Positions 19,427-28,787 of a stretch of 64,000 bases of DNA are shown here, piece by piece. Origin of the DNA: a virus; IMG/VR virus record IMGVR_UViG_3300037808_001133, positions 4,601-68,600 of that record. One strand, 5' to 3'. Numbering within the stretch: the first letter of the stretch is position 1; the number at the start of each line of letters is the position of its first letter. A program made the position numbers and the translations under genes. Under the pieces are notes generated by a model. The model saw only the letters and a program-made list of their open reading frames with translations, was not told the DNA's origin and made no database searches.

Positions 19427-20078
19427 GACCAAGAAGACAACGGGCGGTCTGATCAACCTCACAATCGACAATCCGATTCTCCCGCTCCTCAAGAAGCTCC
19501 CGAAGGAAGTTCAGGACGCGATCGAAGGCGTCGTGAACGACTGGAGCGCCGAGGCGCTTGAGCGAATCAAGAACGCGACCCCGCGAGACAGGGGCACGGC
19601 GGCAGCGAACTGGAAGGTAGACAGCGTCTCCTCGTCAAAGCCTGGCGACGTGAAGGACGTGATCTCAAACGAGACGCCCTATATCAACGTGCTTGAGTTC
19701 GGCGGTTACCCGGTCGTCGCTATCCGTGGCAAGAAGAAGAAGAAAGCCAAGGCCAAGAAGCGGAAGAAGAAGAAGAAGAAGCAGGACGTATCCGCAGCCA
19801 TGCAGGCACTCATTGACTCTTCGACGAAAGCCGCCAAGCGCGTGAGGACCGGAGCCGGTATCAAGTCGGCCTCGGGGAAGGCAATCCTCGGTGGGTTCGA
19901 CCCGGGTCCGCGAACAAGCGCAGCGCCAGGCGGCGACCCAGAAATGCTGAGCAACGTCTCCAACCAAGCGAAGAGTGGAATGGTCAGGCGCGTGCTCGGG
20001 GACATTACGGACCCGTTCGTGTTTGAGCTTGAGGAAGCAATCGACCAGGCGTTCCTAGACATTGACGGTGGTCAGTGA
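19419..20078 (+). CDS. HK97 gp10-like neck/tail-completion protein with poly-Lys insert
   Basis: TPRDRGTAAANW and NETPYINVLEFG motifs. Confidence 0.75.
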   Translation: MAKTKKTTGGLINLTIDNPILPLLKKLPKEVQDAIEGVVNDWSAEALERIKNATPRDRGTAAANWKVDSVSSSKPGDVKDVISNETPYINVLEFGGYPVVAIRGKKKKKAKAKKRKKKKKKQDVSAAMQALIDSSTKAAKRVRTGAGIKSASGKAILGGFDPGPRTSAAPGGDPEMLSNVSNQAKSGMVRRVLGDITDPFVFELEEAIDQAFLDIDGGQ

Positions 20079-20587
20079 AGTCTGCCCACGTAGAGGAGTC
20101 CGTCTACCGCTGGTTCGCCGAGGAGCTCGCGCTCCCCGAGGGCTTCGCGGACGCTGTTCACCTTCACAGGCCGGGTGCGCTGTTCCCCGAGCGAAACGAG
20201 GTCTGGATTTATCCCCGGATCTCTTCGTTCACCCGGGCTGTCGGCGTGCGGCCACGGCGCGGAGAAGAACACGACCGACTCGTTCTCGTTTGCTCGTGCC
20301 ACGTCAAGAACCCTCCCGGCGGGCGTGAGGACAAGCTTGAACTCAGCAAGCTCGCTGACGCCGTCAGGACCGTCATTGACGCGGGTGAGCGTGCGGGTGC
20401 CGCGAAAATCCTCGACGACGAGCGCCGCACAATCGCAATCGTGGACTTCGGTCCAGCGAACGAAGTCAGGACCTACCAACAGAGCGTCTCAGTTGGTGGT
20501 ATTTCAATCCCCGGGGTAGACTCGGCAGTGTTGACTGTCGCTTGCGAGATATCGCCCGTTAAGCCTCGCGTCCAGCCGTTGCACTAG
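20075..20587 (+). CDS. tail terminator candidate
   Basis: Position between neck and tube genes; size. Confidence 0.55.
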   Translation: MKSAHVEESVYRWFAEELALPEGFADAVHLHRPGALFPERNEVWIYPRISSFTRAVGVRPRRGEEHDRLVLVCSCHVKNPPGGREDKLELSKLADAVRTVIDAGERAGAAKILDDERRTIAIVDFGPANEVRTYQQSVSVGGISIPGVDSAVLTVACEISPVKPRVQPLH

Positions 20588-20599
20588 GAGACAGCTCTC

Positions 20600-21400
20600 A
20601 TGACCATTAAGAACTTTCGACACGGACGACTGATTATTGAGGACGGCAGCATTCCCGTGCCGCTTCAAAAGATCGTTACCTTCTCAGGCGCGACCTTCAC
20701 CTATACCGAAGGCCGCACCAGAACCGTTGTCCGCGATCGCGGCGAGATTAAAGAGGTGACGGTCGGTGACCAGGTCCCTGTCTCGTGGTCGCTCAGTGCG
20801 CAGTATGAGGACCGAACCTCGCTGCGGACGCTGCGTGACGGCGTCTGGGACAACCAGGTTGACTCGCTGATTGGCCTCGTGCCTGCCGCGCCGAACCTCA
20901 ACGTCCCGACGACCTACGACTACGAGCAGGACTCGCTGCAAGTTCTTTCGACCGACCCCATGTTCGGTATCGCAACGAAGCTGCCGATCGGAACGCCGCC
21001 AGCTGTCGACGGAGACTTCTCCGAGTCGCTCGGTGCGTCCAACGTCGAGCGCGTCATTGCCGTCGCTGCTGCCGACGGCTTGAACGTCCAGCCCGCCGCT
21101 GGTGACGTTGACGTTGACTTCACCTACGACGCTGTCGGGCGCTCGACGCTCGACCCCGCGTCGGTTGCGGCTGGTGCTTGCACGGGCTCGATCAACTTCT
21201 TCCGGCTCGTCCTGTTGATCTACGATCCCTGCGACCCGCCCTCGACCAACGACCTCACCATTGGCACGGTCGTTGAGCGAATCGAAATCGACCAGGCCTG
21301 GCTTGACGAGAACTCGTTCAGCGAAAACGAAGAGGCCGACGAAATCAGCTTCTCCGGTCAGTCCCTAATCGAGAAGGTCTCAATCACCGCAGTCCCATAG
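20600..21400 (+). CDS. major tail (tube) protein
   Basis: Position before the chaperones; RDRGE...GD motif; acidic and beta-rich. Confidence 0.7.
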   Translation: MTIKNFRHGRLIIEDGSIPVPLQKIVTFSGATFTYTEGRTRTVVRDRGEIKEVTVGDQVPVSWSLSAQYEDRTSLRTLRDGVWDNQVDSLIGLVPAAPNLNVPTTYDYEQDSLQVLSTDPMFGIATKLPIGTPPAVDGDFSESLGASNVERVIAVAAADGLNVQPAAGDVDVDFTYDAVGRSTLDPASVAAGACTGSINFFRLVLLIYDPCDPPSTNDLTIGTVVERIEIDQAWLDENSFSENEEADEISFSGQSLIEKVSITAVP

Positions 21401-21525
21401 GACTCGCCGACAATCCTCTGGCATGTGCCCCGTACCGAATCGCCTAAAAGCGACGACGTCGGGGCGCTGCTTTTGGTTCTGAGATCCGTGATAGGCTCGG
21501 AGGAGCAAGCCAGAGGAGGCGCTAC

Positions 21526-22110
21526 ATGGGAATTCTAGGCAACGTACAGTTGGTCAAGAGGACAAGGCTGGTCACGCTTGGCGTGGCAAGCGACGGGACG
21601 AAGCTTGAGGTGACGGTCTCTGCGCCGCCCCTCCAGCTGTCGCAAGAGATCGCGACCAAGATTCCCTCCCCAGACCCGCCCCCTAAGCGCGACAGCAACG
21701 GCAAGGTCCAGTTCAAGCGCGACCCGAGGACCGGCGCTGAGCTAAAGATTGACGGTGTCCTGGTCCCGCTCCTCGACTACAGCGACGCGAAGTTCGTCGC
21801 CGAGGCCGGCTCGGTAAAGAAGGCGCGGACGATTGCGTTGATCTTTGCGTGCACGGAGTTCCCGGGAGAATCGGCAGTCACGCGCAACGGTCACAGCCCG
21901 GTCGCGTTTGAACTCGCTCGCTGGAAGGAGCTTGAGGACGGAGGTGTTGACCTCGGTGCTTGGGGCGACCTCAACGACGCGCTCAACGCGCTATGCGACC
22001 CCATGACCGTCGGCGAGATCGAAGAGGCCCGAAGGGAACTCGGCGCAGACGAAGAAACGCAGAAGGAAATCAAAGCAAGGCTCGGGAAGGACGCTCCCAA
22101 GGGAAAGTAA
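21526..22110 (+). CDS. tail assembly chaperone (gpG-like)
   Basis: Between tube and tape measure; ends in slippery GGGAAAG. Confidence 0.8.
   Translation: MGILGNVQLVKRTRLVTLGVASDGTKLEVTVSAPPLQLSQEIATKIPSPDPPPKRDSNGKVQFKRDPRTGAELKIDGVLVPLLDYSDAKFVAEAGSVKKARTIALIFACTEFPGESAVTRNGHSPVAFELARWKELEDGGVDLGAWGDLNDALNALCDPMTVGEIEEARRELGADEETQKEIKARLGKDAPKGK
22101..22107 (+). other. -1 programmed frameshift site G GGA AAG
   Basis: Same heptamer as lambda G/T; the -1 frame is open to 22307. Confidence 0.85.
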
Positions 22111-22307
22111 GGACGGGGGTTCTTTGGTGGGCACTCAAAGCCTGCGAGCGACTCCCATTCCTCGACCTTGAGAAGTTCTTCTCCGCACCTCGCGAGGAAC
22201 AAATCCTGCTCCTGATCTATGCGCAGGAGCGGGACCAGGAAGAACTTGAGGACGCGATCTCGCGCTCGGTGGCGAACATGATCCCGGTCCAAGGCGGAGA
22301 CACCTAA
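22107..22307 (+). CDS. gpT-like frameshift extension of the tail chaperone
   Basis: VRTGVLWWALKACERLPF...; stop overlaps the tape-measure ATG. Confidence 0.8.
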   Translation, partial: VRTGVLWWALKACERLPFLDLEKFFSAPREEQILLLIYAQERDQEELEDAISRSVANMIPVQGGDT

Positions 22308-25300
22308 TGGCGACTGAGAAACTTGAAGTCGAAATCGGCGCTGACGCCAGCGGTCTTATTCGCGAGACGAAGAAGGCCGAGGACGCGTTTGAGAAGTTCA
22401 GTCGGAGCGTCGGAGACTCCGCGGACGACGTAGCCAAGTCTTCCGGCGCGGCCCGCGACGCGTTCGGTCGGTTCATTAAGAAGACCGACGAGGGCTCCAA
22501 GAAGACGAAGAAGGCCGCAACCGCGTTCCAGCGACTCGCGGCGACGGCGAAGCGTGCCGCGAGCTCGGTCAAGAAACTCGCGAAGGGCTTCGGGCAGATT
22601 GCGGTCAAGGCTCTCGCGGCTGGGTTCAAGGCCCTCACGAGTGTCGTTGCGGCGTCAGCGAAGGGCGTGCTCGGCTTCGGTGCCGCGCTCGTTGGTATCG
22701 GGACCGCCGCCGCTGTCTCGTTCGCGAAGTTCCAAACCGAGTTCGCGCAAGTCAGAACGCTCGTAGACGAGAGCAAGATTGACGTCGGCGAACTACAGGA
22801 CGGCGTCAGGGCTCTGTCCCGCGAGTTCGGCGTTGACCTCACCGAAGCAACCGCTGCCGCCTACCAAGCGATCTCAGCTGGCGTCGGCCCAGCCGAGGTC
22901 ATTCAGTTCCTTGGGAAGTCATTCGAAGGAGCAGCTGCCGGAGCCGCGACAACCGGCGAGGCCGTCGACCTCTTCACAAGCGCGATCAACGCGTTCGGGT
23001 TGAGCGCGTCTGACGTGACCCGGGTGTCGGACGTTCTGTTCGCAACGATCAAGGCAGGTAAGACGACGGCGTCAGAACTCGCAGCGTCGCTCGGTCAGGT
23101 CGCGCCCGTTGCGGCTGCGGCAGGCGTCTCGCTTCAGGAGGTCGGCGCAGCGTTCGCGACCCTGACCTCCCGTGGTATCAACACCGCAGAGGCCGCAACT
23201 CAAATCAAGGCGACCATTCTCGGAATCACCAAGCCGTCGAAGGAAGCAGCCCGCGCCCTCGAGGACCTCGGCGTCACCGCTGAGTCGCTGTCCGAGACTG
23301 GCCTCTCCGCAGCGCTCGCGAAAGTGAACACTGCGCTCGCCGAGGGCAACGTAAAGATCGGTGAGCTATTCCCGAACACCAGAGCGCTCCAGGGCGTGAC
23401 CGTTCTCGCGGGTAAGGGCTTCGACAAATTCGGCAAGAGCCTTGAGGCGACGGTTGCCTCGGCAGGCGAGACCGCTAACGCGTTCGACAAGATCAGAGAG
23501 GCGACCTCGTTCGCGTTCGGTCAGCTTCGCCGCACTATCGAAGACACGCTTCGCCAGGTCGGCAAGGCGATTGACCCGTTCGTCGCAAGAGGGATCAAGG
23601 CGTTCGCTAAGTTCTCAGCGTCGGCGAGGTCCGAGGTCGAGATTCTTGCGGACGTCCTGGTCAAGCAATTTACGCCAGCCGTCGAGGAAGCCTTCGGGGA
23701 GCTAGAGAAGTCTGCCGGTGAATCAGGCGACCTTGCCTCCAAGGCGCTCGACGCAATCGCGAACTCGTTCAGCTTCGTTGGTGACGCGATACGCGACAAC
23801 GCGCATGTCGTCGCTGCGATCGCGACCACGTTCGAAACCCTCGCTGACGTCGTGAAGGTCGCTGGGAACATTCTCGTCACAGCGTTCACGGCTGCGCTGG
23901 TGACGGCTGGCGGGGCGGTCGTTGTATTCCTCAAGCTCGGCAAGGGCTTCCTCAGCCTGTTCCGAATTGGTATTCCGGACGCGCTTGAGGAGGCGACAGA
24001 AAGCGCGAAGGTGTTCACGAAGTTCATGGCTGTCGCGACGGTCGCCGGCCTCAAGAAGACCGGCGAAGCCATTGAGGACCTCGGCGACGCCGCCGAGACT
24101 TTCGACGGGATCGTCGTCAAGGCACAGAGCTACACGACGAGCGCTGAAAAGGCGGCAGCTGCGACTCAAGAGCTAAACGACAAGGTGAAGGAGGCCAGAG
24201 CTTTCAAGGAGCAGGAGGACAGGGTAGACAGTCTCCTCGACAAGATTGACGCGCTCGGCAAGACCTCGGAGGAGGCCAGCGAGGGACAGGACAAGCTCAA
24301 GGTTGAGACGGAGGAAGCAGCTATCGCCTTCACTCAGTTCGACACCGCCGTGACCGCGAGCAAGACGAACACTGACCTCTTGAACGAGGCGCTCAACCGA
24401 GCAAGTATTTCGACGGGTGGCGTCGCAACGTCTGCGAACGAGGCCGCGACCGGGGTCGACAAACTCAACACCGCGACCGTCAGTGCCGCAACCTCCGCTG
24501 ACGAGGCTGCGACAGGGATCGACAAACTCACCGCGAGCTCTGCGGCCGCGACGACCGCGACTGAGACCATGACTACCAGCGCGGCTGCTGTGTCCATGGC
24601 GTTCCAAATGTTGGTGGAGACCACAGCAACCGCTGACGAGGCCCTGGAGAAAAGCAAGTCAGCGATTTCAAAGCTTCAGCAGGAGGCCACCCTGACACGC
24701 GAGGGCTTGATCCTTCTGTCGACTGTTCTCGGTGGCGAGTTCCAAGCCGCTGGAGACCAGGCGGCAGTCGCGCTCGACAAGGGGAAGATCAGCGCGGGTG
24801 ACTTCCGTATGGAAATCGAAAACCTCGTAGAGCAGCAACGCGCCGCAGCCCTCGGACTGAACAACCTCGTGACCCCGCTATCAAAGCTCGGGAGTGGCTT
24901 CCAGTCTCTTTCGACGTTGGCCGGTGAGGCCCGCGCTGCGATCGGCTCGAGACTGCGAGACGCCTTTGAGGGCTTCACCAAGGCGGTAGACAAGACCGAC
25001 GAGGGAACCGGGAGGCTAATCGACAGGATCTTTGAACTCGGTGAGCAACAGACGAAGCTCGCTGGCCTGAACGACACGACCGTCGTCAGCTACGAGAAGC
25101 TCGGCGAGGCGAACCGTGGCCTTCGCGACGAGGTCGTTGACGTCTCGCAACGCATTGGAAGCGACCTCAAGCCGCAGCTGGACAAGCTACTTGAGGCGTT
25201 CAACGCGGGCATAATTGGTGCCGACGCGTTGGGAGTAGGGCTTGGCAAGCTGAAGGACAAGGCCGGTCTCGTCGTGGACCTTCCGGTCGAGCAGTTCACT

Positions 25301-25882
25301 CTCTCGTTTGCGAACGGCCTGGACGCTGTCGCGAAGTCTGCCGACGGTGCAGCCGAGTCGCTTGAGAAGGTCTCTGAAGCGACAACCGACGCGATCAAGC
25401 GGGCTGCGCAGCTGAAGAAGGAAGGGGACAGACTCGGTGCCTTCGGGTTTGAGTCTGGTCGCCGGCCCGGTGGCGAGAGTCGCGGCGAGGCAACGAACAG
25501 GCTCAGGGGAAGCTTCGGCTTTGGGATTCGTCGGGGCCGCAGCATAGGGCAAGGTCGCGGCGGGCAATTCCAGCAGCAGCACCAATCAGGAACAGGCGTC
25601 TTCGCTAACGGTGGTCCGGTCCTCAAGACAGGCAGACCGCAGGTTGACGCTGGCGAGTTCATTCTCTCCCAGCGCGGGCTGTCCGACATGGGGCGTACCC
25701 TTGGGAACCTACTCAATTCGGGCAGGGGTAGCACCGTCGTCAATCAGACAAACACGTTTCAGGTCAACAGCGTCACGCCTGACGGGAACGGGAACGACGC
25801 GATCAACGACCTCGCGTCCAAGCTTAGGCCAGCCCTCCTGCGAACCGGCAGGCTTGCCGCGAACCAGAGCCCACTCACATGA
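22307..25882 (+). CDS. tape measure protein (TP901-like core)
   Basis: 1191 aa, Ala-rich; AAYQAISAG and GKTTASELA..LGQVAP motifs. Confidence 0.92.
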   Translation: MATEKLEVEIGADASGLIRETKKAEDAFEKFSRSVGDSADDVAKSSGAARDAFGRFIKKTDEGSKKTKKAATAFQRLAATAKRAASSVKKLAKGFGQIAVKALAAGFKALTSVVAASAKGVLGFGAALVGIGTAAAVSFAKFQTEFAQVRTLVDESKIDVGELQDGVRALSREFGVDLTEATAAAYQAISAGVGPAEVIQFLGKSFEGAAAGAATTGEAVDLFTSAINAFGLSASDVTRVSDVLFATIKAGKTTASELAASLGQVAPVAAAAGVSLQEVGAAFATLTSRGINTAEAATQIKATILGITKPSKEAARALEDLGVTAESLSETGLSAALAKVNTALAEGNVKIGELFPNTRALQGVTVLAGKGFDKFGKSLEATVASAGETANAFDKIREATSFAFGQLRRTIEDTLRQVGKAIDPFVARGIKAFAKFSASARSEVEILADVLVKQFTPAVEEAFGELEKSAGESGDLASKALDAIANSFSFVGDAIRDNAHVVAAIATTFETLADVVKVAGNILVTAFTAALVTAGGAVVVFLKLGKGFLSLFRIGIPDALEEATESAKVFTKFMAVATVAGLKKTGEAIEDLGDAAETFDGIVVKAQSYTTSAEKAAAATQELNDKVKEARAFKEQEDRVDSLLDKIDALGKTSEEASEGQDKLKVETEEAAIAFTQFDTAVTASKTNTDLLNEALNRASISTGGVATSANEAATGVDKLNTATVSAATSADEAATGIDKLTASSAAATTATETMTTSAAAVSMAFQMLVETTATADEALEKSKSAISKLQQEATLTREGLILLSTVLGGEFQAAGDQAAVALDKGKISAGDFRMEIENLVEQQRAAALGLNNLVTPLSKLGSGFQSLSTLAGEARAAIGSRLRDAFEGFTKAVDKTDEGTGRLIDRIFELGEQQTKLAGLNDTTVVSYEKLGEANRGLRDEVVDVSQRIGSDLKPQLDKLLEAFNAGIIGADALGVGLGKLKDKAGLVVDLPVEQFTLSFANGLDAVAKSADGAAESLEKVSEATTDAIKRAAQLKKEGDRLGAFGFESGRRPGGESRGEATNRLRGSFGFGIRRGRSIGQGRGGQFQQQHQSGTGVFANGGPVLKTGRPQVDAGEFILSQRGLSDMGRTLGNLLNSGRGSTVVNQTNTFQVNSVTPDGNGNDAINDLASKLRPALLRTGRLAANQSPLT

Positions 25883-26364
25883 GCAATACACGCATGACCG
25901 CCGAGATCCCTGGGCGCGGCACGATTCAGATTACGCTTCGCTCGCCAGAGTGGGGCGACACCCTTCGGCTCGGTCGTCGCTGGAACGTCGGCCAGACCGA
26001 AGCGGGTTCGCAGTTCTTTCAGGACGAAGGGATTGAGACCGAGTTCTACGAGGCGACGTTCTCCGACCTGAACCTTTGCGAGCGAGCGGACCTTGAAGCG
26101 TTCTTTGCCCAGGACGCCGTGAACAAACGAGGCTTCCCGTTCCTGCTTGAAGTGACCGAGAACACGTCGCTCGGGTTCGTCGTTGGGACCGCCCAGGGAC
26201 TCTCGACGCTTGACGGCGTCTCGACCGCCGACGTCGTCGTGCCTACGACTGCTAGCTTTGGCTTCGTCCGGCTGGATCAGTCAGAGGTCGAATTCGCTGC
26301 GACACCTGGCGGGCGTTACACTACGAGCCTACGATTCAGACGCGAACAGCAGCCCGTCTGCTAA
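25879..26364 (+). CDS. distal tail protein candidate
   Basis: ATGA-coupled after the tape measure; size. Confidence 0.6.
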   Translation: MSNTRMTAEIPGRGTIQITLRSPEWGDTLRLGRRWNVGQTEAGSQFFQDEGIETEFYEATFSDLNLCERADLEAFFAQDAVNKRGFPFLLEVTENTSLGFVVGTAQGLSTLDGVSTADVVVPTTASFGFVRLDQSEVEFAATPGGRYTTSLRFRREQQPVC

Positions 26365-26374
26365 GGAGAAACAA

Positions 26375-26740
26375 ATGGCCGGAACGATCAACTACAACCG
26401 TCCCAAGAGCGCACTCGTGAACGTCGCTCCCATGGTTCACACGCTACTCGTGAGCGAGCTCCCTGACGCGCCTGCCGCAGTCGGCGGCACCGGCACGACC
26501 GGTGTCCTTAGCGCTGAGATTCAGGTTGACGCCGACGAAGCAGGCGGCGCCGACATTCAGACCATGTACACGCTCGTCGCTACGCCGACGATCACGAGCG
26601 ACGGCAAGCACACGCTCACGGTTGTCGTGACGCCCGTTGGTGGTGACGGCACGACCCTGCCCGCGCAGACACTCGCCGTCCTTCACCCCGAGACGGTCGA
26701 CGGCTGGCAGTCTGCTGCTGGCAACGGACGCCTGCCCTAG
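26375..26740 (+). CDS. virion protein, hypothetical
   Basis: AAGGAG SD, ATG at 26375. Confidence 0.65.
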   Translation: MAGTINYNRPKSALVNVAPMVHTLLVSELPDAPAAVGGTGTTGVLSAEIQVDADEAGGADIQTMYTLVATPTITSDGKHTLTVVVTPVGGDGTTLPAQTLAVLHPETVDGWQSAAGNGRLP

Positions 26741-26761
26741 TCCTAGAACAGAGGAGTCAGC

Positions 26762-27280
26762 ATGTCAGCAACAGTCGAGGTCCGGGTTCTCCACGGTGCA
26801 GCACCCGGTCTCGGCGTGGACGTGACGTCGCAGACCCTTGAGCTAAAGCAGGCTGACAACGACGTCGTCGACGGCTCCTTCCCGGTGCCGGTCGGCGCCG
26901 TCACGAACTACTCGTGGCGCAAGACCTTTCAACTCGTCGTGACCGGCCCGCCAGACAATCAGATTGGGAACCTTCGGTTCTTCTCTGACGGCGGGTCGCT
27001 TGGCGTTGGTCGGACGGTTCTGTTCAACAGGGCCGCGGCCTACACGCAGGCAACCGTCGCTGACGAGACGACACCGATCAGCGCTGTTGATTCGGTCTCG
27101 CTCACAAGCGTCGCTCCCGAGGTGCTCGTGCCCGGCCAGCTGGTGAGTGACGCTGACCCGGTCCCGACGAAAGGGACTGGCCAAGACCACGTCGAAATGC
27201 AGCTAGCCGTTGACCCAACGGCACAGGTCGGAGACAGCGCGGGCTCACTTGCCTACCGCTACCGCTACAACGAGTCCTAG
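26762..27280 (+). CDS. virion protein, beta-sandwich
   Basis: NYSWRK...NLRFFSDG...YRYNE; strong SD. Confidence 0.7.
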   Translation: MSATVEVRVLHGAAPGLGVDVTSQTLELKQADNDVVDGSFPVPVGAVTNYSWRKTFQLVVTGPPDNQIGNLRFFSDGGSLGVGRTVLFNRAAAYTQATVADETTPISAVDSVSLTSVAPEVLVPGQLVSDADPVPTKGTGQDHVEMQLAVDPTAQVGDSAGSLAYRYRYNES

Positions 27281-27299
27281 CCAGCCAGAGGAGGCGCAC

Positions 27300-27518
27300 A
27301 TGGACAGCCCTGACGCAAGACTTGCACGTCTTGTCACGCAAGCGAAGAAGGTACTGGAGTCGAGCGAAGGCACGATCTCAGACCTCGCCCTCTCGCTTGC
27401 CCACTCGGTCCTCGAGCACGCGGAAGTTTCGACCGAGGAGCCGCCGCCTGGTCCTTCGAAGTTCTCCTTCAAGCTTGACGACGAAAAGCCGAACTCAAAG
27501 ACAGTTACGAGCCCTTGA
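27300..27518 (+). CDS. hypothetical protein
   Basis: GAGGAGG SD, ATG at 27300. Confidence 0.6.
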   Translation: MDSPDARLARLVTQAKKVLESSEGTISDLALSLAHSVLEHAEVSTEEPPPGPSKFSFKLDDEKPNSKTVTSP

Positions 27519-27904
27519 GCCTCGCGACGTGGTCGATCCTGTTCGCTGACGGGTCGGTCAAGAAGGGTCGCGGTATCAAACCGCCTCCCGGTTGGTTCAA
27601 CGACGTGAAGCGCTGCGTCGGCCTCGCGCTCAAGCTCACGGGGAACATTCCTGTCTTCGCGGTCAGGCCGGTTTGCAGCAACGACGTTGACCGAAAGGTC
27701 GGCAGCTGCGGAGGGACCGAGACGGCCCGTTACTGGGGCCTCAAGCCTGAGCCTGGATCGCAGGTCTGGATCTTCCCTCGTGGTGACCTGCTCGGGCTCG
27801 GGAGAGACGTTTGCGAGGTCGAGCGATTGGTGCTCGCGTTCCAAGGTAAGGTGAAAGCCGAGAAGGTAGCCGGTGGTCCAGATCAACGAGGTCAGTCCGA
27901 GTAG
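27515..27904 (+). CDS. hypothetical protein
   Basis: TTGA-coupled ORF filling the gap. Confidence 0.5.
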   Translation: MSLATWSILFADGSVKKGRGIKPPPGWFNDVKRCVGLALKLTGNIPVFAVRPVCSNDVDRKVGSCGGTETARYWGLKPEPGSQVWIFPRGDLLGLGRDVCEVERLVLAFQGKVKAEKVAGGPDQRGQSE

Positions 27905-28787
27905 GTTCCGTTCTGGGGACTTGATTACGATTCACGGCTTCGGCTTCTCGCCAGACTTCGGCGAGAACCAGGTCGCGATTGGTGGGATTCCCGAGGTGCT
28001 CCAAAGCGAGAGCGCGACCGAACTCACCCTCATTGTTCCTGCCGGTATTCCAGAAGACGACTGGGTCTCGGTCTTCGTCTTCCGAAGCGACTCGCTCGAC
28101 AATGCGAGCGACCAGTGGTGGTCGGGTGGTGCCGTCTCAGACCTTCGCGACGGCACAACCAGGGTTCCTGGTCAGATCCCCGGAGAGGCCGAGCGTGCGA
28201 ACCCGGTTCGCGTTGAGGACGTACCGCAGGCTCAGGACTACGAGCGGCTCGCGACGGCGATAGAGCACTTGCTGTTCGACGTCCTGTCGACCGTTGGTGA
28301 CCTCTTTGGATTTGACGGCGCGAGCTTGACGCCTGTTCCGATTGGCGCAGCTGGGAACGTCTTGCGAGCGAACCCTGCCGCAGCGACGGGCATGGACTAC
28401 GCCGGCCTCACGCGTGCTCAGACGTTGTCGTGGGGCGGTCGCAAGGCCGCCGGGGCGGTCACCCTTGGATCGCTCACTCCCAATGCCTCCTCGGACAACC
28501 TCGGCGCGGTCTTCGGTGACCACGTCTCACCGAGGACCGGGACCATGCGCGAGCTCGTCGTCCTGTTCGCCGAGGGCTCGGCTGGCGACACGCTCGACAA
28601 CGTTGAGGTCGAGATCAACGGGGCCCCTCTTTACGCTTCCGCAGCCGGGCTCGCGATACCTCCTGGCGGCACGCACGTCGTTGACCTTGGCCTGGCTATA
28701 AACGTAGGCGACCTGACGCAGGTCAGGGTCAGGAAGATCGGGACGAACGGGACAGCCGACTTCGTCGCGCAGGTTGAGATTCGCTAA
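27873..28787 (+). CDS. IPT/TIG-domain tail protein, paralogue 1
   Basis: INEVSP...GDLITIHGFGFS...NQVAIGG. Confidence 0.75.
   Translation: MVQINEVSPSRFRSGDLITIHGFGFSPDFGENQVAIGGIPEVLQSESATELTLIVPAGIPEDDWVSVFVFRSDSLDNASDQWWSGGAVSDLRDGTTRVPGQIPGEAERANPVRVEDVPQAQDYERLATAIEHLLFDVLSTVGDLFGFDGASLTPVPIGAAGNVLRANPAAATGMDYAGLTRAQTLSWGGRKAAGAVTLGSLTPNASSDNLGAVFGDHVSPRTGTMRELVVLFAEGSAGDTLDNVEVEINGAPLYASAAGLAIPPGGTHVVDLGLAINVGDLTQVRVRKIGTNGTADFVAQVEIR

Noticed and set aside
24420-24535. ATS(A)(N/D)EAATG(V/I)DKL duplication in the tape measure
   Set aside because: Internal repeats are ordinary for tape measure proteins.
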